64,000 nt of DNA from contig JANNXQ010000055.1 of NCBI GenBank assembly GCA_031409655.1, positions 10,591 to 74,590 of the forward strand, written 5' to 3'. Below the pieces are notes generated by a model. It saw nothing but the letters and a program-made list of their open reading frames with translations. It did no database searches and had not been told where the DNA came from. This document shows, piece after piece, positions 28,328-37,490 of this stretch; positions within the stretch are counted from its first letter, which is position 1; every line of letters starts with the position of its first letter. The translations under genes and the position numbers were made by a program. This DNA is from Chthoniobacteraceae bacterium. GTDB taxonomy: Bacteria; Verrucomicrobiota; Verrucomicrobiia; Chthoniobacterales; Chthoniobacteraceae.

Positions 28328-30750
28328 ACCGTGCCTGCCCAAAACTTTTGGCCGGCTTCCGCCCAGTCCCGGCCTTGCACGCTGCGGTGGGCTGCCACGC
28401 TCATCGCTTGGCGCATCTTGGGATCGCTGATCAGGCGCTCGGTCGAGTCCGTGAAGTCCGCGACATCGAGCGCGTGGGTCACGAAGCCGGTGACGCAATT
28501 CTCGATCAAATCCTTCGGGCCACCCTGGTCGGAGACCACACACGGCAGACCGCTGGCCAAGGCTTCGATGATGACGTTTCCGAAAGTATCCGTGGTGCTC
28601 GGAAAGAGGAAAACATCCGCGGAGGCGTAGGCTCGGGCGAGTTCGATGCCGGCGAGGTAACCGGTGAAAATGGCGTCGGGGAGGAGGATGTGGAGTTCCG
28701 GGAGGAACGGTCCATCGCCGACCAACGCCAGTCGGCAATTTTCAATCTTCAATTTCCAATCCGCTATCTCCCTCCCTCGCGACCCCTCCTTTAACCGGCT
28801 CCACGCGTTCACGATTACATCGAGATCCTTCTCCTTCGAAATACGCCCGACGTAGAGGAGCACAGTGGAACCGGGGACAGCGCCACGTTCCACCCAAAAC
28901 GCCGGATCGCGCCGGGACGGATGAAAGAGCGTGGTGTCGAGCCCGCGCGGGAGGATGGCGATCTTCGCGGCGGGGATGCCACGGTCGATCCACGCGCGGC
29001 GGTAGCCTTCGCTGTTCACGTAGAGGAGATCGAGCGAGTCGTAGAACCACTTCATGAAATTCCACGTGAGCGTCTCGAGGAAGCTGTCGTCGGTGAGGAT
29101 GCGGATGTACTGCGGGAAATCCGTGTGATAGATGCCGCTGGTGCGCAGGCCGAGCAGCTTGCCGGCAAGCAGCGCGGTGAGGCCCACGGGGCCTGGCGTG
29201 GAGATGATGAGTTCGGTGAAGCCTTCGCGCTGGATGTAGTCGATCATCTGCAGGATCGGCGGGAAGCTGAGCTTCTGGAGCTCGTACTCGGGCAACTCGA
29301 ACTCACCGATGGGGGGGAAGTTTTTGATCGGGATGCCGGTGATAGTCACCGTCGCCCGCGACGTCACCACGGTGATGTCGCCGCCCGCCGCGACGGTCGC
29401 CGCGGTCAGCTTGCGGATGGTCGTCGCGACGCCGTTGACATCTTCCAGCGTGTCCGTGAACCAGGCGCGTTTGCTGTTTTCCAACGAAGGTGCTGGCGGG
29501 CTGCCAAAACCGGTGCAGACCTCGCCGAGCCAGCGCCGATCAGGGGCCTGAGTCTTGAAGGTGTAGAGGTAGGGCGAAAGGGTCGCGAGGATCGGAAGCA
29601 GCACGCTGAATTCACGGACGGCCTCGACGATGTTGCCGCTGGAGAGCTGCTGGACAAAGAGGGTGAAGAAACGGAAGGCCAAACGGTTGGCGAAGAAGTT
29701 CGCGATGACAAAGGCGCGCCGTTCGGGTTCGGCGAGGCCCGCGGTCTCGCGCGCGAGCAGCGTCTTCACATCGCCCTGCTGGAAGGTCGCGGCGAACTGT
29801 TTCCACAGTGAGGCATTGGCGGGCTTCGCCAGCTCGAAGATATTCCCGCTGGCGATGCCTTCCGCGATGAACCCGAGCTTGTCCGCCCAGGAAAACTCCG
29901 TGGGATCCTCTCCCTCCATGAAACGCGAGAAGGCCTTGCTGATCAGCGAGCTTTTCGTATCGCCGAATTTCTGCCCGAGAAAGATGCGGACGTTATTGTA
30001 CAGGCTGTGCGAAAGCGCGAGCGGAGTGCCTCCGCAGCCTCCGACCACGCACTCCCCGGCGCGCACAGCAGCGAGGAAAGACTTTGGGTCTGCGACGGCC
30101 TCCGAGACTTCCGTCCACGCGCTCGCGGAATGCAGGCCGCCGTGATCGTCGGAGCCGCCGATGAAGACCTTGCGCCACGGCTCGGGGTGCGTGGGCGCGA
30201 AACCGTGCTGGTCCGCAAACTGCGCGATCTTCTCCGGAGTGAGCTGGCCGAAGGCGTGCCGGGTGACTGCGCTGAGCAGCGCGTCGCGGTGTCCGTTCAC
30301 CCCTTCGAAGTGGCGGAAGAGGAGCACGAGCTTTTCGAGATGCGCGAGGGAGAGTCGGTCGTCGAGCCGGTAGAGCGGGTGCGCCACGGCGTGCGCGAGT
30401 TCTTCCGTGGCGAGGTATCTTTGCAGCTCGAAAATATCCTCCCGTCGCGCCTGCAACTCTGCGTGCTGCGCTTCCGCGAGACCCCAGACGAGGACCTGGA
30501 CCTTGCAGCGATCATCCGGAAAACGCGCGCTCACCTGCTCGCTGATGAAGGTGCCGGGCCGATCCGCAATCGCCAGACAGCCCTCGATGCGATTGTGATC
30601 AGTGATCGTCACGAAATCCATGCCGCGCTGGCGCAACGTTTCGTAAAGCGCCACCGGATCAGTGTAGCTGTCTGGCAGACCGACCCGGCGGAAGAGCCAC
30701 TCCGGCGCGCGCTCGCTGAAGCGGGAATGGACGTGCAGGTCGGCCTTCAT
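28324..30750 (-). CDS. PHP-like metallophosphoesterase fused to a GT4 glycosyltransferase
   Basis: N-term DLHVHS, TITDHN, AHPLY, GGSDDH; C-term FTDTLEDVNGVA, YHTDFPQY, YVGRISKEKD, PSTTDTFGNVIIEALASG. Confidence 0.88.
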   Translation of the reverse strand: MKADLHVHSRFSERAPEWLFRRVGLPDSYTDPVALYETLRQRGMDFVTITDHNRIEGCLAIADRPGTFISEQVSARFPDDRCKVQVLVWGLAEAQHAELQARREDIFELQRYLATEELAHAVAHPLYRLDDRLSLAHLEKLVLLFRHFEGVNGHRDALLSAVTRHAFGQLTPEKIAQFADQHGFAPTHPEPWRKVFIGGSDDHGGLHSASAWTEVSEAVADPKSFLAAVRAGECVVGGCGGTPLALSHSLYNNVRIFLGQKFGDTKSSLISKAFSRFMEGEDPTEFSWADKLGFIAEGIASGNIFELAKPANASLWKQFAATFQQGDVKTLLARETAGLAEPERRAFVIANFFANRLAFRFFTLFVQQLSSGNIVEAVREFSVLLPILATLSPYLYTFKTQAPDRRWLGEVCTGFGSPPAPSLENSKRAWFTDTLEDVNGVATTIRKLTAATVAAGGDITVVTSRATVTITGIPIKNFPPIGEFELPEYELQKLSFPPILQMIDYIQREGFTELIISTPGPVGLTALLAGKLLGLRTSGIYHTDFPQYIRILTDDSFLETLTWNFMKWFYDSLDLLYVNSEGYRRAWIDRGIPAAKIAILPRGLDTTLFHPSRRDPAFWVERGAVPGSTVLLYVGRISKEKDLDVIVNAWSRLKEGSRGREIADWKLKIENCRLALVGDGPFLPELHILLPDAIFTGYLAGIELARAYASADVFLFPSTTDTFGNVIIEALASGLPCVVSDQGGPKDLIENCVTGFVTHALDVADFTDSTERLISDPKMRQAMSVAAHRSVQGRDWAEAGQKFWAGTV
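28736..28770. repeat. Degenerate heptamer tandem repeat in frame within the GT4 domain
   Basis: caatttt caatctt caatttc caatccg ctatctc; encodes EIADWKLKIENC on the minus strand. Confidence 0.6.
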
Positions 30751-31565
30751 GGAGTCGGTTTTGCGGGGACATAGGTCCGTTGTCGCGCAAACCAGCGCTC
30801 GTAGGTGAAAGGCAAACGCGGGATGAGCCCCTGGCTGACGCAGTGCCGGATCTGGCGCCAGATCGCCGGATGGGAAAGATCCCCGGGGTGGATGGCGATG
30901 CGCATGAGTGGATTATCCTTTAAGCGGCGGAAGAGCGCGCGATTCCAGAGCAGGCTCACGGGCCGACGCCACCAACTCCGCGAACTCCAGACGAGCGAGC
31001 GCGATTCGAAGACCCACCCGCTGACCAGGTCGCGCACGTTCCGGAGCCGCGTGGTGTATTGCAGGCCGGCCTCGCGAAGCGCCTTCTCCGCTTCACTGCT
31101 CAGCAACCAGGCGGGGGCGATGAATCCTTCGGGCTTGAGATCGATCTCGGAAAATTCTTCCCGCGCGCGAGTCACCAATTCGTAAGCAGTCGCCCGGTCG
31201 ATGTCGTGAAATTCTCCCTCGTCCGCAGTGTAGAAACGGGTGATGAATTTCTCGCGCAGCGACTCGCCCGCCCGGCGCTCGCGCTGGTGGTGATACCCGT
31301 GAATGACGATCTCCTGCCCGGCATCCGCGAGCTCGCGCAGCCACGCACAAAAGTCCGGATCATCCAAAAAATGCCCGCGGTGGTGATGGTTCGGAACGAC
31401 CAGCCAGGTGCAGATTTTCAGGCCGATCTCAGTCAATTGCGCCCGGATTTCTTCGCACTGCGCACGAGTGTCCGGCGAGACGTCGTGGATGGAAACAACC
31501 AGGGCCTGCGAAGGAGGCAGGAGGCGGGTCGTGAGACGACCGACCTTGGTCATGGCGATGCGCAT
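30747..31565 (-). CDS. DUF2334 / polysaccharide-deacetylase-like protein
   Basis: VVSIHDVSP, IVIHGYHH, EGEF, GFIAPAWL, RIAIHPGD; start could be 31565 or 31553. Confidence 0.75.
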   Translation of the reverse strand: MRIAMTKVGRLTTRLLPPSQALVVSIHDVSPDTRAQCEEIRAQLTEIGLKICTWLVVPNHHHRGHFLDDPDFCAWLRELADAGQEIVIHGYHHQRERRAGESLREKFITRFYTADEGEFHDIDRATAYELVTRAREEFSEIDLKPEGFIAPAWLLSSEAEKALREAGLQYTTRLRNVRDLVSGWVFESRSLVWSSRSWWRRPVSLLWNRALFRRLKDNPLMRIAIHPGDLSHPAIWRQIRHCVSQGLIPRLPFTYERWFARQRTYVPAKPTP

Positions 31566-31602
31566 TCGGAGTGATTGAGTAAGGCCGCGCCGCCGCGTGC
31601 TT

Positions 31603-33366
31603 TCAAGCGCGGAGCGGTGAATTCGCCGCCGCGCGGCGACGGGCAATCCAGCCGCCGACGATGCTCAGCAAAGCGCTGGCGGCCGAGGCCGGCGAAACCA
31701 GATCACCGTGCCGGGTGAAAAATGTGCGCGGCGCATTGACGGGAATCGCCACTTCGCGCACGGCGATTCCCTCTTGAAATTCAGGCACCCAGCGCTCCAC
31801 AAAGCCCGTCCGATTCACGAGCCCAGTGACGCCGGTATTTGCGCAGCGGATGAGCGGGCGGCGATTCTCGACGGCGCGGAAGACGGCGTTGGCGAGATGT
31901 TGATGGGCAGCGGCGGATCGCCCGAACCAGCCGTCGTTGGTGATATTGACCAGCGCCTGCGCGCCGGCGGCGACGAAGTGGCGGGAGAGATAACCGAGCG
32001 TGTCTTCAAAGCAGATCAGGGCGGAAAATTTGATCGCCGGCTCCGAAAGCTCAAGCAGCGTGAATTCGCGGCCCCGCGTGAAATCGGCCGCGACGAGCGG
32101 ACCGACGATGGGCCCGAAAAGCGGACGCAACGGAAGGTATTCACCAAAAGGCACGAGATGGATCTTGCGGTAGATTTGCAGGCGCCCGGCTTGGTCGGTG
32201 AGCAAGGCGGCGATGTTGAAGTCTTCGTTTCGCTCCAGATCGAAATCGGTGCTGCCGAGCAGGAGCGCGCCTTCGAGACGCCTAGCCTGAGCAAAGACGA
32301 AGTCGTGATTCAACTCGTCGTCGAATAGGCCGCGCGGGGTTGCGGATTCCGGCCAGAGCACGAGTTGCGGCGGCGGTTGCAGGAGTTGAGCGAGACCGGT
32401 CAGACGGTCGAACTGCGCGAAGATTTCGTCCTCCTGCGCGAGATCGAATTTCTCGCGCTGCGGGATATTCGCCTGAATCGCCGCGACCCGCAGCGGGACG
32501 GTCGGCGTCGCATCGCCGCGCAGCATTGTGCGCGTGCCGTAGGCCCAGACGATGACGACAAAGGTGACGGTCGCGCTGAATTCCCAGCGGATGCGCTTGA
32601 GGAAAGTGGGGCCGATCTCCGCAACGAGGCGCCGGACGATGAGCACGGCCAGCAGATTGCAAAATGCGACGAGCCACGAGAGGCCGGCGACGCCGGTATG
32701 ATCGGCGATCTGGATCATCGCGAGATCGTCATGCAGCGCCACGCCGAGGTTATTCCAGCCAAAGCCGGTGAAGAGCCAGCCGCGCACCCACTCTTGCGCA
32801 ACCCACGCCGATGCTCCGAGCGCGCCGATCGCGAGATTCCGGCCTGAATGAACGAATTGCTGCGCATCGCGCCGGGGCAACAGCCACGCGAGGAACCACG
32901 CCCAAAAGGCGAAGTAGAGGCCCAGGTAGAGGGCGAGTAACAGGGGCAGAAGGCGGAGCCATGAATTCCCGAAGAGAGGCCCGAGTTCGCCGAGCCAGGA
33001 GAAGGTGGTGGTGAAGAACGCGAGGCCGGAGACGTAGCCGAGGGCGGCGGGGCGGAGGCGTTTTAAGTTTGGGGTTTGGGGTTTGGGGTTTGGCGTTTCT
33101 TTTTCCCTCGAAGGGTTCGGGGAAACGCCAAACTTCAAACGCCAAACTTCAAACGCCAAATGCTCCTGGCCGAACCAGGTCGCGCAGATGAGCGGTATGA
33201 GAGCGATCCACGCGAGCCAGCCTTGATTGACCGGCGGAAAAGCCATCGCCAGCAGCACTCCGCTCGTCACTGCGGCGAGCCATGGCCACACGGAGATGAT
33301 GAATTTAGAGTGTTGAATCTTGCCTGAGGACGCCGGGCGCGAAGCTCCTCGAAACTCAGAACTCAA
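31603..33366 (-). CDS. lnt: Apolipoprotein N-acyltransferase
   Basis: LLAMAFPP, EWVRGWLFTGFGW, WPESA, YRKIHLVPFGEY, ICFED, NITNDGWFG, RAVENRR, ANTG. The true start may be GTG at 33291. Confidence 0.92.
   Translation of the reverse strand: MSSEFRGASRPASSGKIQHSKFIISVWPWLAAVTSGVLLAMAFPPVNQGWLAWIALIPLICATWFGQEHLAFEVWRLKFGVSPNPSREKETPNPKPQTPNLKRLRPAALGYVSGLAFFTTTFSWLGELGPLFGNSWLRLLPLLLALYLGLYFAFWAWFLAWLLPRRDAQQFVHSGRNLAIGALGASAWVAQEWVRGWLFTGFGWNNLGVALHDDLAMIQIADHTGVAGLSWLVAFCNLLAVLIVRRLVAEIGPTFLKRIRWEFSATVTFVVIVWAYGTRTMLRGDATPTVPLRVAAIQANIPQREKFDLAQEDEIFAQFDRLTGLAQLLQPPPQLVLWPESATPRGLFDDELNHDFVFAQARRLEGALLLGSTDFDLERNEDFNIAALLTDQAGRLQIYRKIHLVPFGEYLPLRPLFGPIVGPLVAADFTRGREFTLLELSEPAIKFSALICFEDTLGYLSRHFVAAGAQALVNITNDGWFGRSAAAHQHLANAVFRAVENRRPLIRCANTGVTGLVNRTGFVERWVPEFQEGIAVREVAIPVNAPRTFFTRHGDLVSPASAASALLSIVGGWIARRRAAANSPLRA
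33064..33160. repeat. Inverted heptamer-repeat element in frame inside lnt
   Basis: Left arm (ggggttt)3 ggcgtttc, right arm gaaacgcc aaacttc aaacgcc aaacttc aaacgcc; the arms are imperfect reverse complements. Confidence 0.8.
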
Positions 33367-33385
33367 AATTCAGAACCAAAAATTT
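33301..33385. repeat. Inverted heptamer-repeat element at the 5' end of lnt
   Basis: gaattta gagtgtt gaatctt ... gaaactc agaactc aaaattc agaacca aaaattt. Confidence 0.6.
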
Positions 33386-33390
33386 TCACC

Positions 33391-33702
33391 TTACTCGCGC
33401 CGCACGCGCCGGCTCTTTGGTGCCTCAGGTCGGGGATCGAGCGCGTCTTTAATGTCCTTGCTGTAGCCGCTGTTCACCATGAAGTGGATCGGTCCCAGTT
33501 CTTCGAGGCTGTAGAAGGCGTCCTTGTCGGCATCCACGAAGCCTTGGGCGATCAGGCCCTTGAGCGTGTCGATCAGTTCCGCCGGTTCGAGGCCTTGCAC
33601 GCGTTTTACGAGGTCTTCGCCAGTGATTCCCCCGCTGCCGAGCCCGAGGGCCTTGAGTACCGAAATTTCCCCGCCGTCGAGATTGAGGTCGTTGCCAGCC
33701 AT
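33391..33702 (-). CDS. Small hypothetical protein, possibly winged-helix-like
   Basis: 103 aa from ATG 33702 with coding-like composition: EISVLKALGLGSGGITGEDL...ELIDTLKGLIAQGFV. Confidence 0.65.
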   Translation of the reverse strand: MAGNDLNLDGGEISVLKALGLGSGGITGEDLVKRVQGLEPAELIDTLKGLIAQGFVDADKDAFYSLEELGPIHFMVNSGYSKDIKDALDPRPEAPKSRRVRRE

Positions 33703-33793
33703 AGAGAGAGTATGGGCTTCTGAATGTTTAACTGAGGGAGAACGCAGACACGCCCGCATTCACTGCTTCCAACGGTCATTTGTCCATCGCTCT

Positions 33794-35758
33794 TCAAGCC
33801 AACCGTGCTTCCACATCCTTTTGCACCCAGGTCCAGAGGGCTTCGAGGGAGGCGTTGATCTCGGCTTTGATGGCTCCGATCTCGGCGACGGTGCGGGTCT
33901 TACCGGGCTCAGGGGTGCGGCGGGCGAACATGTAGAATTTAATCTTCGGCTCGGTGCCGGAGGGGCGCACGGCGACGCGGCGGCCATCGACCAGTTCAAA
34001 GATGAGCATCTTTTCCTTGGGGATGAGGTCGCCTTCCACGTCTCGGATGTCCTGCGTCCCGAAGTTCCGCATCGACGCGACGGCGACACCATTCACGTCC
34101 CGCGGCGGCTGCTCGGCGTAGCTGGCGGCGAGGCGCCCGATCTTGGCGGCCCCTTCGGCGCCTTCAAAGACGAGGCTGCCGTTCTTTTCCAGATACACTC
34201 CGTACTCGGCGTAGATCTCGTCGAGATACTCAGGCAGCGTGAGGCCGCGCGATTTGGCGTAGGCGGCGACTTCGGCGAAGACGACCACGGAGCCGTTGCC
34301 GTCCTTGTCGCGTACGAAGTCGGACGCGCCGTAGCCGTAACTTTCCTCACCCCCGGCAATGTAGCAGGCGGATTTTTCGAGGCGCAGACGGCGGGATTCG
34401 GCTTCGGACAATTCGCGATAGGCGCGGACACTGAGGCTGAGAGCGCGCTCATATTTTTCCAGCTTTTCGCCGTTGAACTTGAAACCAGTGAGCGTCTCCA
34501 CGCAGCGCAGGCCGTGTTTCGCGGCGATGGCGTTTTGCAGATCGGTGGTCACGAAGGTTTTGATGATCACGGCGCGGCTCGCGTTGGCGGGGGTGATGAT
34601 CCCCTGCTCGATCATCTTGCGCACTCGGTAGGCGGTCATCAGCGAACCGATTTGGTTGCCGGTGAGCAGTTCCAAGTCACCGGCGCGATTGCGCACGGCA
34701 ACGCCCATGCGGTCGGCATCGGGATCGGTGGCGACGACCAGATCGGCCTTCTCCCGCTGGGCGACGGCGAGGGCGAGGGTGAGCGCTTCGGCGTTCTCTG
34801 GGTTCGGCGACTTCACGGTCGGAAAACGTCCATCGAAGGCATCCTGCTCCGGCACGGTGAAGTAGCGGAAGCCGAGGCGGTCGAGCATTTTCCGGGTGAT
34901 GACGCCACCGACGCCGTGGATGGAGGTGAAGACGATTTTCAGACCGGCTTGCGCGGCGGCGGCGACCATCGGGCGATCGAGGACCAGCGTGTCGAGTCGC
35001 GCCATGTAGGCTTCGTCGAGTTCCTTGCCGAGCACGGTGAGCGTGCCGCGCTGGGCTTCGGGCAAAGGCATGTAGGCGTCGCTTTCGACCGCGTTCACTC
35101 GGTTGATGATCCCGCTGGCGTGCGGCTCCACGACTTGGGCACCATCGGCGAAGTACACTTTGTAGCCATTGTCGTGCGGTGGGTTGTGGCTGGCAGTGAC
35201 GACGATGCCGGCGGTGGCGTCGAGTTCACGGACGGCAAAGGAGAGTTGCGGCGTGGAGCGCGGCCCTTCGAAGAGCGCGGCGTCGCAGCCATTTTCCGTG
35301 GCGACGCGCGCGGCCAGTTCGGCGAAGGCACGAGAGAAATGCCGGGTATCGTGGGCGATCGCGATCTTCGGCCGGCCAGGACGACCGCTCTGCGTGAACC
35401 ATTCCCTGGCATAGGCAATCAGCCCTTGGGTCGCGCGGCTGATGTTGTAGAAATTCATCGCGTTCGTGCCGACGCACGGCTGCTCGGGGCGACCGAGTTC
35501 CTGCGGGGTCCCCTGCTCCGCGGCCGTCACGATCTTGCCGATGGTCCGACCGCGCAGCCCGCCAGTGCCAAAGGCGAGGGTCTTGTAGAAACGATCGTTC
35601 AGCTCGCCCCACGCACCCTTTTCCACCAGCTCCCGGATGCTCTGCTCGAAGAACGGCGAACTCGAGCGAGCGATCAATTGCTCGATATTGCGCGCGCTGC
35701 TTTCAAGGAGAATGCCGTCGCGGACGGCTTGCTGGAGGCGGAGGCTGAAGTCACTCAT
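33794..35758 (-). CDS. Phosphoglucomutase/phosphomannomutase family protein
   Basis: FGTGGLRG, TASHNP (phosphoserine), DPDADR (metal loop), GEESYG, RPSGTEPKIKFY. Confidence 0.93.
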   Translation of the reverse strand: MSDFSLRLQQAVRDGILLESSARNIEQLIARSSSPFFEQSIRELVEKGAWGELNDRFYKTLAFGTGGLRGRTIGKIVTAAEQGTPQELGRPEQPCVGTNAMNFYNISRATQGLIAYAREWFTQSGRPGRPKIAIAHDTRHFSRAFAELAARVATENGCDAALFEGPRSTPQLSFAVRELDATAGIVVTASHNPPHDNGYKVYFADGAQVVEPHASGIINRVNAVESDAYMPLPEAQRGTLTVLGKELDEAYMARLDTLVLDRPMVAAAAQAGLKIVFTSIHGVGGVITRKMLDRLGFRYFTVPEQDAFDGRFPTVKSPNPENAEALTLALAVAQREKADLVVATDPDADRMGVAVRNRAGDLELLTGNQIGSLMTAYRVRKMIEQGIITPANASRAVIIKTFVTTDLQNAIAAKHGLRCVETLTGFKFNGEKLEKYERALSLSVRAYRELSEAESRRLRLEKSACYIAGGEESYGYGASDFVRDKDGNGSVVVFAEVAAYAKSRGLTLPEYLDEIYAEYGVYLEKNGSLVFEGAEGAAKIGRLAASYAEQPPRDVNGVAVASMRNFGTQDIRDVEGDLIPKEKMLIFELVDGRRVAVRPSGTEPKIKFYMFARRTPEPGKTRTVAEIGAIKAEINASLEALWTWVQKDVEARLA

Positions 35759-35828
35759 GAGCGCCGAGAATAGCGGCGCTCAGGAGGGAGCGGGAAGTGC
35801 GATCTTTGCGCCAAACCGAAACCCGCCG

Positions 35829-36608
35829 CTATTCCACGATCACTCCGCGATAGACCCGTTGTTGCGTGGGCGGCGGGTTGAAAGGTTTGATCGGCGTGCG
35901 ACCGGGCAGGAGGCGGAGTTCGCTGAGCGTAGCGAGGTCGAGGCGGCCAGTGAGTGGGAGTCGCTTGCTCCGCTGGAAGGTGAGCAGGGCCTCCTCGGTG
36001 GCGGGGCCGGCCTGGCCATCGATGTCGTCCCGATAGTGGCCGCGCTGCGCGAGGAGCGACTGCGCGCGCCGGAGCGTCTGCTCCTGCACATCCCGCGGCG
36101 CGGTGGCGAAGGGCGTCTGGGCGAAAAGCATCTCCAGATCCGCGGTTGGCTCGGGGATTGGCCGGGGCGGTGGGACGACGGATTCGTCATCGGGCAATGG
36201 ACCCTGGCGCGGCGTTTCGCGGCGCAGGAAGGCGCGGTCACCTTCTTCCACGGATTCGTCGCGGCGGATGTTCACGGGAGGCGCTGGCTCCCTCGTCATC
36301 CGTGGTTCGGGCGCAGGCGCCGGCGGAGTCGGGTCGCGCTCCATCGGCGGTGGGGGCGCAGCGGGTGCTTTCTGCTCCGTGCTCCCGGTGTCGAGCGCGT
36401 CCATTGTCGGGGTGTTCAATTGCCCGGTGACTTCGAGCCCGTTGCGAATTTGAAAGCGCCGGATGGCCGCGGTCATCTCCGCACCGACCTGACCGTCAAT
36501 TTCCCCGTAGTAAAAGCCCTGCGTCTTGAGTTCCGTCTGCGCGTCGCGGATGCGGTCGTCGGCGTGAACACTGACGCCAAGGAGGAGGAGGAGAAGGAGT
36601 TTTTTCAT
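35829..36608 (-). CDS. Secreted peptidoglycan-binding protein (two PG_binding_1 domains)
   Basis: Signal peptide; GFYYGEIDG...TAAIRRFQIRNGLEVTG and GHYRDDIDG...TEEALLTFQRSKRLPLTG joined by a Pro-rich linker. Confidence 0.85.
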   Translation of the reverse strand: MKKLLLLLLLGVSVHADDRIRDAQTELKTQGFYYGEIDGQVGAEMTAAIRRFQIRNGLEVTGQLNTPTMDALDTGSTEQKAPAAPPPPMERDPTPPAPAPEPRMTREPAPPVNIRRDESVEEGDRAFLRRETPRQGPLPDDESVVPPPRPIPEPTADLEMLFAQTPFATAPRDVQEQTLRRAQSLLAQRGHYRDDIDGQAGPATEEALLTFQRSKRLPLTGRLDLATLSELRLLPGRTPIKPFNPPPTQQRVYRGVIVE

Positions 36609-36648
36609 CGCGGGGATGGGAGCTTCGACGCGCGCTTCGTCAGCCCAT

Positions 36649-37410
36649 TCACTCCCCCGACTGCACGAGTTCGGGCGGAGCTTTCGGTGGCTGCGGGCGC
36701 GACTTTTGGTAGCGGGCGACGCCCAGCGCGATCGAGCGCGCGAGCAGGTCGCGGTAGCCGGAGTTCGCGATCATCCGCGCCTCCATGGGATTATTGATGA
36801 AGCCGCACTCGACGAGGACGGCAGGATCGCGAGTGTGCCGGGCGACGTAGAACGGTCGCCCGCGGATGCCGCGATTCGTGGCCACGGTCTGCTGCACGAG
36901 GGCAGTCTGGATGAAACCGGCGAGCGTTTCCCCGCTGTCGCGACCGGTGGCCCGTGCGGGATTAAAGAAGCCGGTCCAGGCCCACTCGGGCTCCTGTTCG
37001 AGTTTCTCCGAGGCGAAAAAGGTCTCGATACCGGAGGAGTCCGAATTGGTGGCGTGATTGAAATGGATGCTGATGAAAAGCGAATTGGCGACCTTGTTGG
37101 CCACCGCGGTGCGCTCGGAAAGGCGCATGTAAATGTCTCCGCGCCGGGTGAGCAAAGTGGGGAAGCCAAATTCCTGGAGGATCTTCTCAAGCCGCAGACC
37201 GACATCGAGCGTCAGATGTTTTTCCGTGAGACCGCTGCCTCGCGCGCCTTCGTCACGACCGCCGTGCCCGGGATCGATGACGACCGTCGGGAGAGTCTCG
37301 CTCAGCGCGGGCGGCGGCTGATCAAGGCGGCGCTCGTCGTCCGGAACGACGACGAAGGTCAGGCTGCCCGCCAAAACGATGAGACCCACGCAGGGCATGG
37401 AATTTCTCAT
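36649..37410 (-). CDS. N-acetylmuramoyl-L-alanine amidase (Amidase_3)
   Basis: VVIDPGHGG, EKHLTL, FISIHFN, VLVECGFINN (Zn ligands and catalytic Glu present); start approximate. Confidence 0.9.
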   Translation of the reverse strand: MRNSMPCVGLIVLAGSLTFVVVPDDERRLDQPPPALSETLPTVVIDPGHGGRDEGARGSGLTEKHLTLDVGLRLEKILQEFGFPTLLTRRGDIYMRLSERTAVANKVANSLFISIHFNHATNSDSSGIETFFASEKLEQEPEWAWTGFFNPARATGRDSGETLAGFIQTALVQQTVATNRGIRGRPFYVARHTRDPAVLVECGFINNPMEARMIANSGYRDLLARSIALGVARYQKSRPQPPKAPPELVQSGE

Positions 37411-37490
37411 GTGTAGAGGTTTGCACGGCATCCAGAGCTTGCCGACAGCAGCTTTCCAGCGAGCCCACCTCTCTATGTGGCCCGAGACGA

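Noticed and set aside
33064..33385. Repeat tracts as a CRISPR array or telomere-like sequence
   Set aside because: Units are degenerate 7-mers without unique spacers; no cas genes in the window.
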